Positions 18,410 to 28,367 are shown, counted from the first letter of the stretch. The stretch: DNA of 63,489 nt from Spirochaetales bacterium (GCA_016928955.1 JAFGJV010000058.1:1-63489), one strand, 5' to 3'. Made by a program: numbers and translations. Notes: generated by a model from the sequence alone, not told the origin.

Positions 18410-19597
18410 TCAGGAACGCGAGCGTTCCGGCAGGACTCCGTACCTTTCTTCTAGTTTCGGCCGATCCGGGGCAAAACCTTCGAGATTTAAGAGAAATCGG
18501 AGGGGATGGGCCCGTTCTATGTCCATGGGCACCTTCTGCCCGTCAGTGATCCACGCGGCCGGTTTGTTGGCCACCGCCAAGGCTGAAAGCACGTTGCCCA
18601 CCCTGCCCGTCTCGTCCATCTTGGTCACCACCACGCCGCGATACCTAAAGGGCTCGAACTGGCGGAAAATGTCCAACATATCCTGCGTCTTGGTGGTGGC
18701 GGACACGGCCAGGTACACCTCGGCTCCCGGCCCACACGCGTCCAGAAGCTCCTGCATCTCAGCCAGGCGCACGGCGTCCCTCGGGCTCTTGCCTATGGTA
18801 TCCACCAGTATGAGATCCGTGTCTCGATACATGGCCAGGGTGTCCTTCATGTCCTTAACGGTTTCCACCACGGACACGGGCATGCTCATGATGGACGCGT
18901 ATTTCTCGATCTGCTGGAGGGCTCCTATGCGGAACGAGTCTATGGTCAGAAGCCGTATCTCCTTGGCCGGCTGGGCGGACAAGCCCAGCTTGTGTATGGC
19001 CGCCAGCTTGGCTATGGTCGTGGTTTTGCCCACGCCCGTAGGACCCACCAGCACGATCACGCGTGGCCGGGCTGGCTTGGGATCGGCTGTCACGGACACC
19101 GTATCGCCTATCCATTCCAGCACGGCCCTGCGGACGCGCAGATCGTCGTCCAGGTCCTCAAGGGAAAATTCGGCGCGCGCCTTGGCCACCAGCTCGGAGC
19201 GGTACAGGGGGGAAAAATCGTTGGTCTCCAGGAGCTCTTCCAGGGCCATCAGCGTGGGATGCTCGCCCTCGGCCTGAGCCGCCGCCCCGCCCTCGGCCAT
19301 GATCTCCTTGAGCTCGCGCACTTCGGACAGGACTTCCTGCAGGGTGCGCTCGTGGTTCATTTTTTCCAGGAGCTTCCGCTTCTCGTCTTCCATGTCGACG
19401 CGCTTGCGCTCGGTCTCCCGTATCGAGTCGTCGCGAAGGTAGAACGTTATCTCGACGCCTTCCCGGGCGAACAGGCCCATAAAGCCGCCTTGCCTCACGG
19501 TCCGGTGGCTCAGCACCTGGGCCGCGTCCCCGTAGCGGGCCCGTATCCTCTCCAGCGCTTCTCTGTGGGTGGATCCTTGCTCGACCAGATACTGCAT
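18410..19597 (-). CDS. flhF: SRP-family GTPase FlhF
   Basis: [41 protein letters not shown]. Confidence 0.95.
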   Translation of the reverse strand: MQYLVEQGSTHREALERIRARYGDAAQVLSHRTVRQGGFMGLFAREGVEITFYLRDDSIRETERKRVDMEDEKRKLLEKMNHERTLQEVLSEVRELKEIMAEGGAAAQAEGEHPTLMALEELLETNDFSPLYRSELVAKARAEFSLEDLDDDLRVRRAVLEWIGDTVSVTADPKPARPRVIVLVGPTGVGKTTTIAKLAAIHKLGLSAQPAKEIRLLTIDSFRIGALQQIEKYASIMSMPVSVVETVKDMKDTLAMYRDTDLILVDTIGKSPRDAVRLAEMQELLDACGPGAEVYLAVSATTKTQDMLDIFRQFEPFRYRGVVVTKMDETGRVGNVLSALAVANKPAAWITDGQKVPMDIERAHPLRFLLNLEGFAPDRPKLEERYGVLPERSRS

Positions 19598-19600
19598 GCT

Positions 19601-21691
19601 TTACCCTTCCACCTTGATCTCGCCGACGGCCTCCACCTGGACATCGGGAGCTATTTCCGGCACGGACAGGACCACCAGGTCCGGGATCTCGCGTTCTGTG
19701 CTGGATTTGACCAGGGCCCTGGCCGCCTCTGAGCACAGCACCAGCGGGAAGAGCCCCTGCTTCTGCACAGCGGTCACAGCCAGGGTCAGGGCCTTGATCC
19801 ACTGGCGCTGCGCCGCCGGTTCGAGCGCGGCCAGGGGACCCGTGGGCGTGTCCACCCTGCTGTCTATGATCTTTTGCTCGAGCGACGGCTCGACGGTAAG
19901 GACGCGCAGGGTCTTGTCAGCGTCCGCGTACTGCAGGCATATCTGCCGCCCCAGGGCCTGCCTGGCCTTCTCTACCAGGAAACCTATGTCCTTGGTCACG
20001 CCGGCGTAGTCGGCCAGGGTTTCCAGGATGGCCACCAGGTTGCGTATGGACACTTGCTCGCGCAAGAGCCCCTGCAGGACCTTCTGGGCGTCGCCCAGGG
20101 ACAGGTGCTTCTGCGCCTCGTCCACCACGGCAGGATAGTCCTTGCGGAGGGCGTCCAGCATGGACTGGACCTCCTGCCTGCCCAGGATGTCGGCGGCGTA
20201 GCGCTTGATGATCTCGGTCAGGTGGGTGGCCACGATGCTCGGGGCGTCCACCACCGTGTAGCCGGCGCGCTCGGCCTTGTCCCTGGACGGTTCGCCTATC
20301 CACACGGCCGGCAGGCCGAAGGCCGGATCCTTGGTTTTCTCGCCTGATATTTCCTCGGACACGCCGCCCGGGTTGATGGCCAGGTAGTGCCCCAGGCGGA
20401 TGACGCCGCGGCCCACCTCAACGCCCCTGATCTTGAAACAGTATTCAGACGGTTCCAGATGCATGTTGTCGATGATGCGTATGCGGGGCACCACCAGGCC
20501 CATGTCCAGGGCGCTTTCCTTGCGTATCCTGGTTACCCGCTCCAGGAGCTCCGCGCCCTTGTCCTTGTCCACCAGGGGGATGAGGCCGTAGCCCAGTTCC
20601 AGGCTGATGGGATCCAGCGGCACCACCGGGGACAGCTCCTGGGGCTCTGACTTGCGCTGGCCGCTCTCCGCAGCCTTGAGTTTGGCCTTGTCCGCTTCAA
20701 GGGTCTGCTTTTTGGTCAGCCTGTAGGCCAAAAAGGCCATGGCGCCGGCCAGCGGCAGGAGCACGTACCACGGAAAGCCGGGGAGCAGTGCCATGGCCGC
20801 CAGCACTCCCGAGCCCACCCAGTAGATGCGCGCGTTCTGGGAGAACTGCTTGGTCACGTCCATGCCGAAGGTGCCCTGGCTGTTGGCGCGCGTGACGATG
20901 ATGCCCGTGGCGGTGGACATGAGAAGGGCCGGAAGCTGGGACACCAAGCCATCGCCTATGGTCAGGCCTATGTAGGTATTCAAGGCGCCCTGGAAATTTT
21001 CGCCGTGGATCACCATGCCCACCACAAAGCCGCCAATCAGGTTGATCAGGCTCACAAAAATGCCCACGGTCACGTTGCCGGACACGAATTTGCTGGCGCC
21101 GTCCATCTGTCCAAAGAAGTCCACCTCGCGCTGGACTTCCTCCTTGCGCTGACGAGCCTCTTCCTCAGTAATGGCGCCCGAGTTGTACTCGGTCTCTATG
21201 GACATCTGCTTGACCTGGAGGCCGTCCAGTGTAAAGCGTGCCGCCACCTCCGCTATGCGCGTGGCGCCCTTGGTGATGACGATGACCTGCACGGCCACGA
21301 TGACGATGAATATGATGAAGCCGACGACCAGGCCTTCCGTGCCGGTCGCGCCGACCACGAAGCTGGAAAAGGCCCGCACGATCCTGCCGTCAAAGCGCTC
21401 GCCCAGGGTCAGGATGAGGCGCGTCGAGCTGATGTTGAGCGCCAGGCCGAAAATCGTCGTCACCAGGATCATGGTGGGAAAGATGGAAAATTCTATGGCC
21501 TTGCGCGTATAGAGCGTTATGAGGAGGATCAGCAGGGCCAGGGCCAGGTTGAGCGACATCAGGGCGTCCAGGAGGACCGTGGGCACCGGTATGATGATCA
21601 TGAGGACCACGGCCACCGCGCCTATGGCCACCCCGTATTCCGATATGTTGCCCAGAAGGGCCGCGCGGGTTCCCCGCGTTTGGTCAGACAT
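19601..21691 (-). CDS. flhA: Flagellar export gate protein FlhA
   Basis: ITKGATRIAEVAARFTLD, FFGQMDGASKFV, TIGDGLVSQLPAL, EQVSIRNL. Confidence 0.97.
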   Translation of the reverse strand: MSDQTRGTRAALLGNISEYGVAIGAVAVVLMIIIPVPTVLLDALMSLNLALALLILLITLYTRKAIEFSIFPTMILVTTIFGLALNISSTRLILTLGERFDGRIVRAFSSFVVGATGTEGLVVGFIIFIVIVAVQVIVITKGATRIAEVAARFTLDGLQVKQMSIETEYNSGAITEEEARQRKEEVQREVDFFGQMDGASKFVSGNVTVGIFVSLINLIGGFVVGMVIHGENFQGALNTYIGLTIGDGLVSQLPALLMSTATGIIVTRANSQGTFGMDVTKQFSQNARIYWVGSGVLAAMALLPGFPWYVLLPLAGAMAFLAYRLTKKQTLEADKAKLKAAESGQRKSEPQELSPVVPLDPISLELGYGLIPLVDKDKGAELLERVTRIRKESALDMGLVVPRIRIIDNMHLEPSEYCFKIRGVEVGRGVIRLGHYLAINPGGVSEEISGEKTKDPAFGLPAVWIGEPSRDKAERAGYTVVDAPSIVATHLTEIIKRYAADILGRQEVQSMLDALRKDYPAVVDEAQKHLSLGDAQKVLQGLLREQVSIRNLVAILETLADYAGVTKDIGFLVEKARQALGRQICLQYADADKTLRVLTVEPSLEQKIIDSRVDTPTGPLAALEPAAQRQWIKALTLAVTAVQKQGLFPLVLCSEAARALVKSSTEREIPDLVVLSVPEIAPDVQVEAVGEIKVEG

Positions 21692-21712
21692 TCACTCTCC
21701 TTGGGCTCCGCA

Positions 21713-22918
21713 TTATGCGCTCAAGGCGGCCAGCTTGTCCGCCAGTTTCTTGTCGATCTTGGCCACGTGGGCCAGCACTCCCGCTATGGCCTGGTAATAC
21801 TCTTCGGGCACGGGGTCTCCCACCTCTGCCGACGCGTACAGAGCGCGCGCCAGGGGCTTGTTTTCCACCACCGGCACCCCGTGCTCGCGCGCTATGGCCC
21901 GTATGCGCAGGGCCACCTCGTCCTGGCCTTTGGCGCTGACCACGGGTACGGCGGCCACCTGGGGATTATACTCTATGGCCACCGCGTAATGCGTCGGGTT
22001 GGTGACCACCACGTCGGCTTTGGGCACGTTGGCCGCCATGTTCCTGGACAAAAGCTCGCGCATGCGTTCTCGGAGGCGTCCTTTTATTTTTGGATCACCC
22101 TCGAACATCTTGTACTCTTCCTTCACTTCCTGCTTGGTCATCTTGAGGTTTTTCTTGAAGAGCCGCTTCTGGTACAGATAATCGGGCACGGCCAGGGCCA
22201 GGAGGAGGAGCGCCGCCTCCAGGATGATGCGCAGGGCCACAGAGGACACGTGGATGGTGGACGTCCATACCGTGGCGCTGAACAGGCGCGTCATGGCCGG
22301 GATCTCAGCCACTATGTTGAGCACGGCAATGACCAGGATGGCCGCTATCTTGATCAGGTTCTTGGCCAGGCCATACAAGCCCTCCCCTGAGAACACGGTG
22401 CGCTTCAAGTACTGCCCGAAGTGCGGAACCACGCGCTTGAAATCCGGCTTGAGGGGTTTGGTGGTAAACAAAAAGCCCACCTGGAGGAGGTTCCCGAACA
22501 AGGCTGCCAGCACGGCCACCACGGCCACGGGCAGGACCAGCCGCGCGAAATGGGACAGAAAGGCCGCGCCGAGTATGGCCCCTTCGGTCACGGGATCCAG
22601 CTCAACGGCCACCTCAAGGAACCAGCGGAGCATGTTCTGGATGTTCATGAAGATCCAGGGAGCGAAGACGGCCAAGGCGACCACGGGCAGCATGAGGCCC
22701 ACCGCGCCGACCAGGTCCTGGCTTTTGGCCACGCGGCCTTCCTCGCGTGCCTTGCGCAGGCGGTACTCGGTGGGGTCTTCGGTTTTTCCCTCGTCCTCGG
22801 GCGCGAACCACTGCAGGTGCACCCAGGCCAAGCCGGCGGGCAATGCGGCCGCGGCTCCGAGCCCGTCCGCCGGGTCCGCCTCTCGGACGGCGTCTCCAGA
22901 CATACGCAGAGCCCTCAT
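21713..22918 (-). CDS. flhB: Flagellar export switch protein FlhB
   Basis: KTEDPT..RLRKAREEG, KMTKQEVKEE..EGDP, NPTH autocleavage motif; ATG 22918 overlaps the fliR stop. Confidence 0.96.
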   Translation of the reverse strand: MRALRMSGDAVREADPADGLGAAAALPAGLAWVHLQWFAPEDEGKTEDPTEYRLRKAREEGRVAKSQDLVGAVGLMLPVVALAVFAPWIFMNIQNMLRWFLEVAVELDPVTEGAILGAAFLSHFARLVLPVAVVAVLAALFGNLLQVGFLFTTKPLKPDFKRVVPHFGQYLKRTVFSGEGLYGLAKNLIKIAAILVIAVLNIVAEIPAMTRLFSATVWTSTIHVSSVALRIILEAALLLLALAVPDYLYQKRLFKKNLKMTKQEVKEEYKMFEGDPKIKGRLRERMRELLSRNMAANVPKADVVVTNPTHYAVAIEYNPQVAAVPVVSAKGQDEVALRIRAIAREHGVPVVENKPLARALYASAEVGDPVPEEYYQAIAGVLAHVAKIDKKLADKLAALSA

Positions 22919-23697
22919 GAGGCGCCGCCCTTCAGGATGAGCGACATGCTCTGGAACCCGGCGTCCACCAGCTGGGCAAAGGCCTCGATCATGTACGGCA
23001 GGGCCGCCGCCATGATGAAAAAGGCCGTCAGAATGGCCAGGGGAAAACTTTCCGTGAGGAGGTTCATCTGCGGCGCGGCCTTGGCCAGAAGGCCCATGGT
23101 GATGGACACCAGGAGCAGGGATCCGAAAATCGGGAAGGCCAGCACCAGGGCGTCCGCGAACATGGATCCCAGGGAGCCGATCACGAACGCGAACCAATCC
23201 TCCCGGTTCAGGAGCAGGTCCTGGGCCCTGAGCGACACAAAGCTGCGCTGGACGCCTATCAGGAATAGCTTCTGGAAACCGGAAGCGGTGAGAAACACGA
23301 ACATGGCGATCAGGTTCATGAACTGGCCCACGATAGGTATCTCGGTCTGGGCCAGAGGGTCGTAGGTTTCAGACGCGCCAAAGCCCATCTGCAGGGAAAA
23401 AAATTGCCCGGCAGTGGTGAAGGCCGCGTATACCACGTTGAGGAAAAATCCTAATATGATGCCGATCAGGGCCTCGCCCACCACGGCCGCCACGTAGGTG
23501 CCCGCGGAATCAGGCGGTATAAAACCGGCGTCCTTCATCCACGGCAGCACGGCGGCCGCCGCAAATCCGGCCAGCGCGATCTTGGCCGCCTGCGGTATGC
23601 CCTGGTCGGACAGAAGCGGCGCCGTCTCCACCATGGCCAGAATGCGCACGGCCAGCAGGAAAAAGAGGTCGGCGTCAACGACTATCTGGTTCAGCAC
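22915..23697 (-). CDS. fliR: Flagellar export protein FliR
   Basis: GEALIG, AGQFFSLQMGFG, KAAPQMNL. Confidence 0.93.
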   Translation of the reverse strand: MLNQIVVDADLFFLLAVRILAMVETAPLLSDQGIPQAAKIALAGFAAAAVLPWMKDAGFIPPDSAGTYVAAVVGEALIGIILGFFLNVVYAAFTTAGQFFSLQMGFGASETYDPLAQTEIPIVGQFMNLIAMFVFLTASGFQKLFLIGVQRSFVSLRAQDLLLNREDWFAFVIGSLGSMFADALVLAFPIFGSLLLVSITMGLLAKAAPQMNLLTESFPLAILTAFFIMAAALPYMIEAFAQLVDAGFQSMSLILKGGAS

Positions 23698-23719
23698 GGC
23701 CGACTCCCGGCGCCGCCCG

Positions 23720-23989
23720 TCATCCGGTTATCCCCGATATGCGGCTGAACAGGTTGACCGTGTACTCGCCGAGGGTGGAAAACATCCAGCCGGCCAGCAG
23801 GGCGAGCACCAGCATGATGGCCGCTATCTTGGGCACAAAGCTGAGTGTCTGTTCCTGTATGCTCGTGGTTGCCTGTATCACGGCTATAACCAGGCCAACC
23901 ACCAGGGCCGTCAGCAGGATGGGCGCGGAAAGGATGAGTATCTGCCACACGGCGCCGCCCACCAGGGCCGTCACGTCGCCTATGTTCAT
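23720..23989 (-). CDS. fliQ: Flagellar export protein FliQ
   Basis: QATTSIQEQTLSFVPK. Confidence 0.96.
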   Translation of the reverse strand: MNIGDVTALVGGAVWQILILSAPILLTALVVGLVIAVIQATTSIQEQTLSFVPKIAAIMLVLALLAGWMFSTLGEYTVNLFSRISGITG

Positions 23990-24876
23990 TGCAGGTACCT
24001 CAGGAAGGACTCAACCAGCTGCCGCGTCATCAGGCCCCAGCCGTCAACCAGCACGAACAGGATCAGCTTGAAGGGCGTGGATATCATCACGGGCGGCAAC
24101 ATGATCATGCCCATGGACATCAGGGTCGACGCAACGACCATGTCTATGATGATGAAGGGTATGTACAGGAGGATGCCTATTTTGAAAGCCACGGTCAGCT
24201 CGTTCAGGATGAAGGCCGGCACCAGCACGTAGGTGGGCACGTCGGCCAGGGTAGCCGGTTTCCCCAGTCCCCTCATGTCCATGAACAGGCGTATGTTTGC
24301 CGGGTCGTTTTTCATCTGGGCGTACATGAACAGGCGGAAGGGTTTCTCGGCTTCCTGGTACGCCTCGGTAACGGACAGCTGGCCGTCCATCATGGGCTTG
24401 ATGCCCTTGTCGTACGCCTCTTCAAAGGTTGGCCACATGATGAAAAGGGTCAGGAAAAAGGCTATGCCCATGAGGACCTGGCCCGGCGGCACCTGCTGGA
24501 GAGACAGGGCGCGCTTCACAAAATCCAGGACGATGGATATGCGGAGGAAGCTCGTTACCAGAATAATGATGCTCGGCGCCAGCGACAGCACCGTCAGGAG
24601 TAAGAGAAGCTGGAGGCTGAAGGCCACTTCCTTGCCGTCCTGCGGCGAACGCACGGACAGGTCCACAAGGGGTATGGCGGAAGGCAGCTCTGGCAGGGAT
24701 GTGGTGGCGCCGGCCGCGCCTTCAGGGAAATCCCCCTGGGTGGCGGTCGCTGACGGTATGGGCACATCCCTGGCGGTATCCGCCGGCGTGGACGGGAAGG
24801 TCCGGGCGGGTTCCTCCTGCGCCGCGGCCATGCCAGCCGCAAGGACCATGATGCTCAAAATCAGGACATTCCGCAC
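23986..24876 (-). CDS. fliP: Flagellar export protein FliP
   Basis: LSLAPSI..TSFLRI, PAFILNELTVAFKIG, MGMIMLPP..PFKLILFVLVDGW; N-terminal signal peptide. Confidence 0.96.
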   Translation of the reverse strand: MRNVLILSIMVLAAGMAAAQEEPARTFPSTPADTARDVPIPSATATQGDFPEGAAGATTSLPELPSAIPLVDLSVRSPQDGKEVAFSLQLLLLLTVLSLAPSIIILVTSFLRISIVLDFVKRALSLQQVPPGQVLMGIAFFLTLFIMWPTFEEAYDKGIKPMMDGQLSVTEAYQEAEKPFRLFMYAQMKNDPANIRLFMDMRGLGKPATLADVPTYVLVPAFILNELTVAFKIGILLYIPFIIIDMVVASTLMSMGMIMLPPVMISTPFKLILFVLVDGWGLMTRQLVESFLRYLQ

Positions 24877-24904
24877 ATACCCTCCCGAAAGGCCCCGCGT
24901 TTTC

Positions 24905-25477
24905 CTAAAATTTCTTAAGACGATCCCGCTGCTTGGAGAAGAAATCCTTGGACACAGCGGTGGTTTTCTGCCCGGCTGTCGGCTTCAAAAGCCTGGCAAG
25001 CATGCCCTGAAAGTCTGTCCGCGCCGTCCCGCCGAGCGCCGCGTTTTTCTCAGCGGCAAGGGTGAGTTCGTCTATCAGTTCTTTGTCGTTAAGTTCGGCC
25101 ACTAAATTGACCGCCGAGTCCGTCACGCCGACCAGCCATGCTTTTTCGCCGAGCGCCAACACGTGGACGCCCTTGCCCGGGCCAAGCTGGAGCGACGCGA
25201 GGTTTTTGAGCGGAGCGTCCGGTTGTATCTTGACCACCTGGGAACGTTTAAGCAGGGCGTACAGTCCGTAAATGGCGCCGACCACCAGGCCGAGCACCAG
25301 GACCATGCGGAGCATGTAGGGGAACACGGACGTGGACGCGCCATTCTCCGCGGCCGTTTCGTCAACGATCGTGAGGCTGGTCTCATCTACGGGCTGCTGC
25401 GTTTCCTGCGCTCCCGCCGCGGCCGCTAGGCACAGGCAGAAGGCCGCCACGCTGAGAATGCGGATGGCCTGGTTCAC
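24905..25477 (-). CDS. fliO: FliO (spirochete FliZ) export chaperone
   Basis: Signal peptide, TM helix, LGPGKGVHVLALGEKAWLVGVT; GTG 25477 after GGAGGGG; upstream of fliP. Confidence 0.85.
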   Translation of the reverse strand: MNQAIRILSVAAFCLCLAAAAGAQETQQPVDETSLTIVDETAAENGASTSVFPYMLRMVLVLGLVVGAIYGLYALLKRSQVVKIQPDAPLKNLASLQLGPGKGVHVLALGEKAWLVGVTDSAVNLVAELNDKELIDELTLAAEKNAALGGTARTDFQGMLARLLKPTAGQKTTAVSKDFFSKQRDRLKKF

Positions 25478-25493
25478 GTTCCCCTCCGGGAGC

Positions 25494-25522
25494 ATTGTAA
25501 ACCGGAATCCGGCGTATTGCAA
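25494..25522 (-). promoter_or_regulatory. Sigma70 promoter for fliOPQR-flhBAFG
   Basis: Minus strand TTGCAA-N17-TACAAT with AT-rich upstream sequence. Confidence 0.7.
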
Positions 25523-25549
25523 TAAGTATTGAGGAGCAAAGGAATTGGG

Positions 25550-25589
25550 AACGACGAAAAGGCCCTGATTTCCGGGCCTTTTCGTCGTT
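25550..25589. terminator. Intrinsic terminator after fliY (bidirectional form)
   Basis: Perfect 16-bp IR AACGACGAAAAGGCCC / GGGCCTTTTCGTCGTT with an 8-nt loop. Confidence 0.8.
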
Positions 25590-26716
25590 TAGCTCATGTC
25601 GGCCATGCGCTCCATGGGCGACACAATCTCCGTGACGCGGACGCCAAAGTTTTCGTCTATGACCACGACCTCGCCCTTGGCTATCAGCTTGTGGTTGACC
25701 AGGATGTCCACCGGCTCGCCAGCCAGCTTGTCCAGCTCGAGTATGGTGCCCTCGCCAAGGCCCAGGATGTCCTTGATCAGTTTCTTGGTCCGGCCGAGCT
25801 CAACAGTGAGCTCCATGTACACGTCCATGATGAGCCCGATATTGCCGCTTTCCTGGCCGGGGCGCCCCATGGACAGGCTGGCGAACTGCACGGGCTGGAC
25901 ATTCGGCGCAGCCATGCCCATCATCGGCGACTGGTATTGCTGTTGTGGAGCCATGCCCATCATTCCTTGCTGGAAGGCCGGTTGCTGCTGGTATGCCTGC
26001 TGGTACGCCTGCTGGGGCTGGCCGCCCATGGGAGCCATGGGTGCCTGCCCGGCGGCTTCGGCGGGTCTCACACCGGACGCCGCCGCTATGTCCTTGACGA
26101 AGGACAGGGCGTACACTTCCCAGAACTTGAACGCTTCCCCGCCTATGGTAATGTCGTACTGAACCTTGCAGAAATCGCCGGAAGGGAGCCGGGCTATGGC
26201 CTTGGGGCCAAAGGATCCCTCCGCCGCCTCCGACTGTATCTGCCGGTTGCCGGTTTTTTCCGTGAACAGGGTAATCTGGGTGCCGGTCATGGACGACACG
26301 CACTCGGACACAGCCGATATGGCCATGTCATCCATATCGGTAAGGCTTTCGTCCTTGTTGGCCAGGCTGGCCACGCGCACGGCCACGTCCTTGGGCAGGA
26401 GGTAGCAGTGGTCCCCGGGAATTCCGCCGACCATGTCCACGCTCACGGCCAGCACCTCGTCGGGCAGGGACGGCAGAAGGCCATCCCTCGTCGTCGCGTC
26501 CACCGAGCAGTCGCCAAAGCTGACGTCCTGGCCGGTGATCATGGACAGGTTCTGGGCCTGGGTCGAGCCTATGGAATCCAGCATGGCCTTGAAGGCGTTC
26601 AGCTCGGCCGTGGGCTTGGCAGGGGCCCCGCCGGCTTTTTTTCCGCCGCCCGCCCCTGGATCCAGTCCGGCAAGGAGGGAGTCTATCTCGTCCTGCGAGA
26701 GCGCGCCGTCACTCAT
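25589..26716 (-). CDS. fliY: Flagellar switch protein FliY (CheC-like domain + FliN)
   Basis: LSQDEIDSLL, CheC-like middle domain, Q-rich linker, FliN SpoA domain (VELGRT..GEVVVIDENFGVRVTEI). Confidence 0.9.
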   Translation of the reverse strand: MSDGALSQDEIDSLLAGLDPGAGGGKKAGGAPAKPTAELNAFKAMLDSIGSTQAQNLSMITGQDVSFGDCSVDATTRDGLLPSLPDEVLAVSVDMVGGIPGDHCYLLPKDVAVRVASLANKDESLTDMDDMAISAVSECVSSMTGTQITLFTEKTGNRQIQSEAAEGSFGPKAIARLPSGDFCKVQYDITIGGEAFKFWEVYALSFVKDIAAASGVRPAEAAGQAPMAPMGGQPQQAYQQAYQQQPAFQQGMMGMAPQQQYQSPMMGMAAPNVQPVQFASLSMGRPGQESGNIGLIMDVYMELTVELGRTKKLIKDILGLGEGTILELDKLAGEPVDILVNHKLIAKGEVVVIDENFGVRVTEIVSPMERMADMS

Positions 26717-27743
26717 ACGTGTCCTCACCTTCCGCGGCCAGCTCTTCGTACTCTTCCTGACCGAATTCTTCCAGTTTCTTGGTTATCTGCACGGCCATCT
26801 TCTTGCCTATCACGCCCGGCCGGCAGAGGAATTTCTTCTTATTGCCCACGTTCAAGGGCATGGGATCGTCCACTTTGACGTTATACAGCCGTATGATGTC
26901 GCCAAGGTTGAGATTGAGCACATCCCTCACAGTCACCTGTATCTTGCCCAGCTCGGCTATGATGGGGATGTCTATGGTGGACAGCTTTTCCTTGAGTATG
27001 TTCAGGTTTTCCGTGGTGGCTCCGCGGCGCACCGTGGAATACCAGTACTGCGTAGACAGCTTGGATATGATGGGCTCGATGGTGAGGTAAGGTATGCAGA
27101 GGTTCATCATGCCCTCAACCTCGCCGATCTTGGTCTCCAGGGTCACCAGAACCACCATCTCGTTCGGCGGGACGATCTGCGCGAACTGCGGGTTGTTCTC
27201 TATGGTGGACAGCCTCGGCCGAAGGTCGATCACCTGGGTCCACGCCTCGCGGAGGTTGCCCAGGATCTTGACGATGATGCCCTCCATCACGGAGTACTCG
27301 ATGTCGCTGAGTTCGCGGGTGATCTTGGAGCCCTCGCCGGCCCCCCCGAACAGCCGGTCGATGATGGTGAAGGTGACCGACGGGTCCACCTCAAGGATGA
27401 TCTGCCCTTTCAGGGGATCCATGCTGACCACGGCCAGGGTGGTGGTGGTGGGAATGGACCTGATGAATTCCTCGTAGGTGAGCTGGTCAACGCTGGCCAC
27501 GTGCACGTTCACGAGGATGCGTATGGCCGCCGACAGGGCCGTGGTGGTGAGCCTCGCGAAGGTTTCATGCATGTTCTGCACGGTGCGCATCTGCTCTTTG
27601 GAGAATTTGTCAGGGCGCCGGAAGTCGTAGATCTTGATCTTGCGGGAGTCCGTGGTGGACTGCACCGTCTCCAGGGACGTGTCCCCCGCGTTGATGGCGG
27701 TGAGGAGCTGGTCTATCTCGTCCTGCGATAGGACTTCGGTCAT
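26709..27743 (-). CDS. fliM: Flagellar switch protein FliM
   Basis: MTEVLSQDEIDQLL, YDFRRPDKFSKEQ, DRLFGGAG. Confidence 0.97.
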   Translation of the reverse strand: MTEVLSQDEIDQLLTAINAGDTSLETVQSTTDSRKIKIYDFRRPDKFSKEQMRTVQNMHETFARLTTTALSAAIRILVNVHVASVDQLTYEEFIRSIPTTTTLAVVSMDPLKGQIILEVDPSVTFTIIDRLFGGAGEGSKITRELSDIEYSVMEGIIVKILGNLREAWTQVIDLRPRLSTIENNPQFAQIVPPNEMVVLVTLETKIGEVEGMMNLCIPYLTIEPIISKLSTQYWYSTVRRGATTENLNILKEKLSTIDIPIIAELGKIQVTVRDVLNLNLGDIIRLYNVKVDDPMPLNVGNKKKFLCRPGVIGKKMAVQITKKLEEFGQEEYEELAAEGEDTYE

Positions 27744-27761
27744 TCGTTCTCTCCGCCTACC

Positions 27762-27790
27762 ATAATGGCACAGAACCCGTCTTTCCGCAA
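27762..27790 (-). promoter_or_regulatory. Putative internal sigma70 promoter for fliM-fliY
   Basis: Minus strand TTGCGG-N17-CATTAT with a TG extension. Confidence 0.45.
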
Positions 27791-27815
27791 CGCCGAAGGC
27801 CCGGCGCCGCGGTTC

Positions 27816-28367
27816 CTACATCTGGGTGCGCTTGAAGTCCTGGAAGTACACGGCCTTGATGGCCGGTTTGGTAAGGATGCGATTCAGGCGCGCCCGTATC
27901 TCTTCCTTCAGGAGATCCTCGTTGTTGGGAGCCAGCTGGGAGATCGTACGCACGCTGAAGAAATTCCGCAGGTCGTCCTGGATCTGGTAGCGGCGCTGGT
28001 TGAGCTCGTCGGCCACCTGCTTGTCGTCTTCCTCGTAGCCAAGGTTGATCTTGACCACGATGGCCCAAGGCTCCTTGTCCGTGGTCTGGGTGCTGATCTG
28101 GTCCAGCGTGGTAAAGGTCGCGTATATGGGCAGGACCGCCTGGTACGACTCGCTAGCGGGCACCGAGCTCAGGGGCTTGGCCTGCTGGTTGATCACGCCG
28201 TTGGTGATGACGACGATCACGACGATGAATATCACCGCGCCGAGTCCTATGCCCACCCATTTGAGCATGCCCAGGATGGCCGTGGACCCGCCCTTCCGCT
28301 TGGGTTTCTCTACTATGTCCTGGCCGTCGGTGAAGTCCGGGCCGCCCTTGTCAAAATCGTCGCTCAT
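27816..28367 (-). CDS. fliL: Flagellar basal-body protein FliL
   Basis: Single TM helix, C-terminal LKEEIRARLNRIL..IKAVYF; between motB and fliM. Confidence 0.9.
   Translation of the reverse strand: MSDDFDKGGPDFTDGQDIVEKPKRKGGSTAILGMLKWVGIGLGAVIFIVVIVVITNGVINQQAKPLSSVPASESYQAVLPIYATFTTLDQISTQTTDKEPWAIVVKINLGYEEDDKQVADELNQRRYQIQDDLRNFFSVRTISQLAPNNEDLLKEEIRARLNRILTKPAIKAVYFQDFKRTQM

Noticed and set aside
27766..27782. TGGCAC as a sigma54 -24 element
   Set aside because: No TTGC at -12, and it points antisense to the genes.
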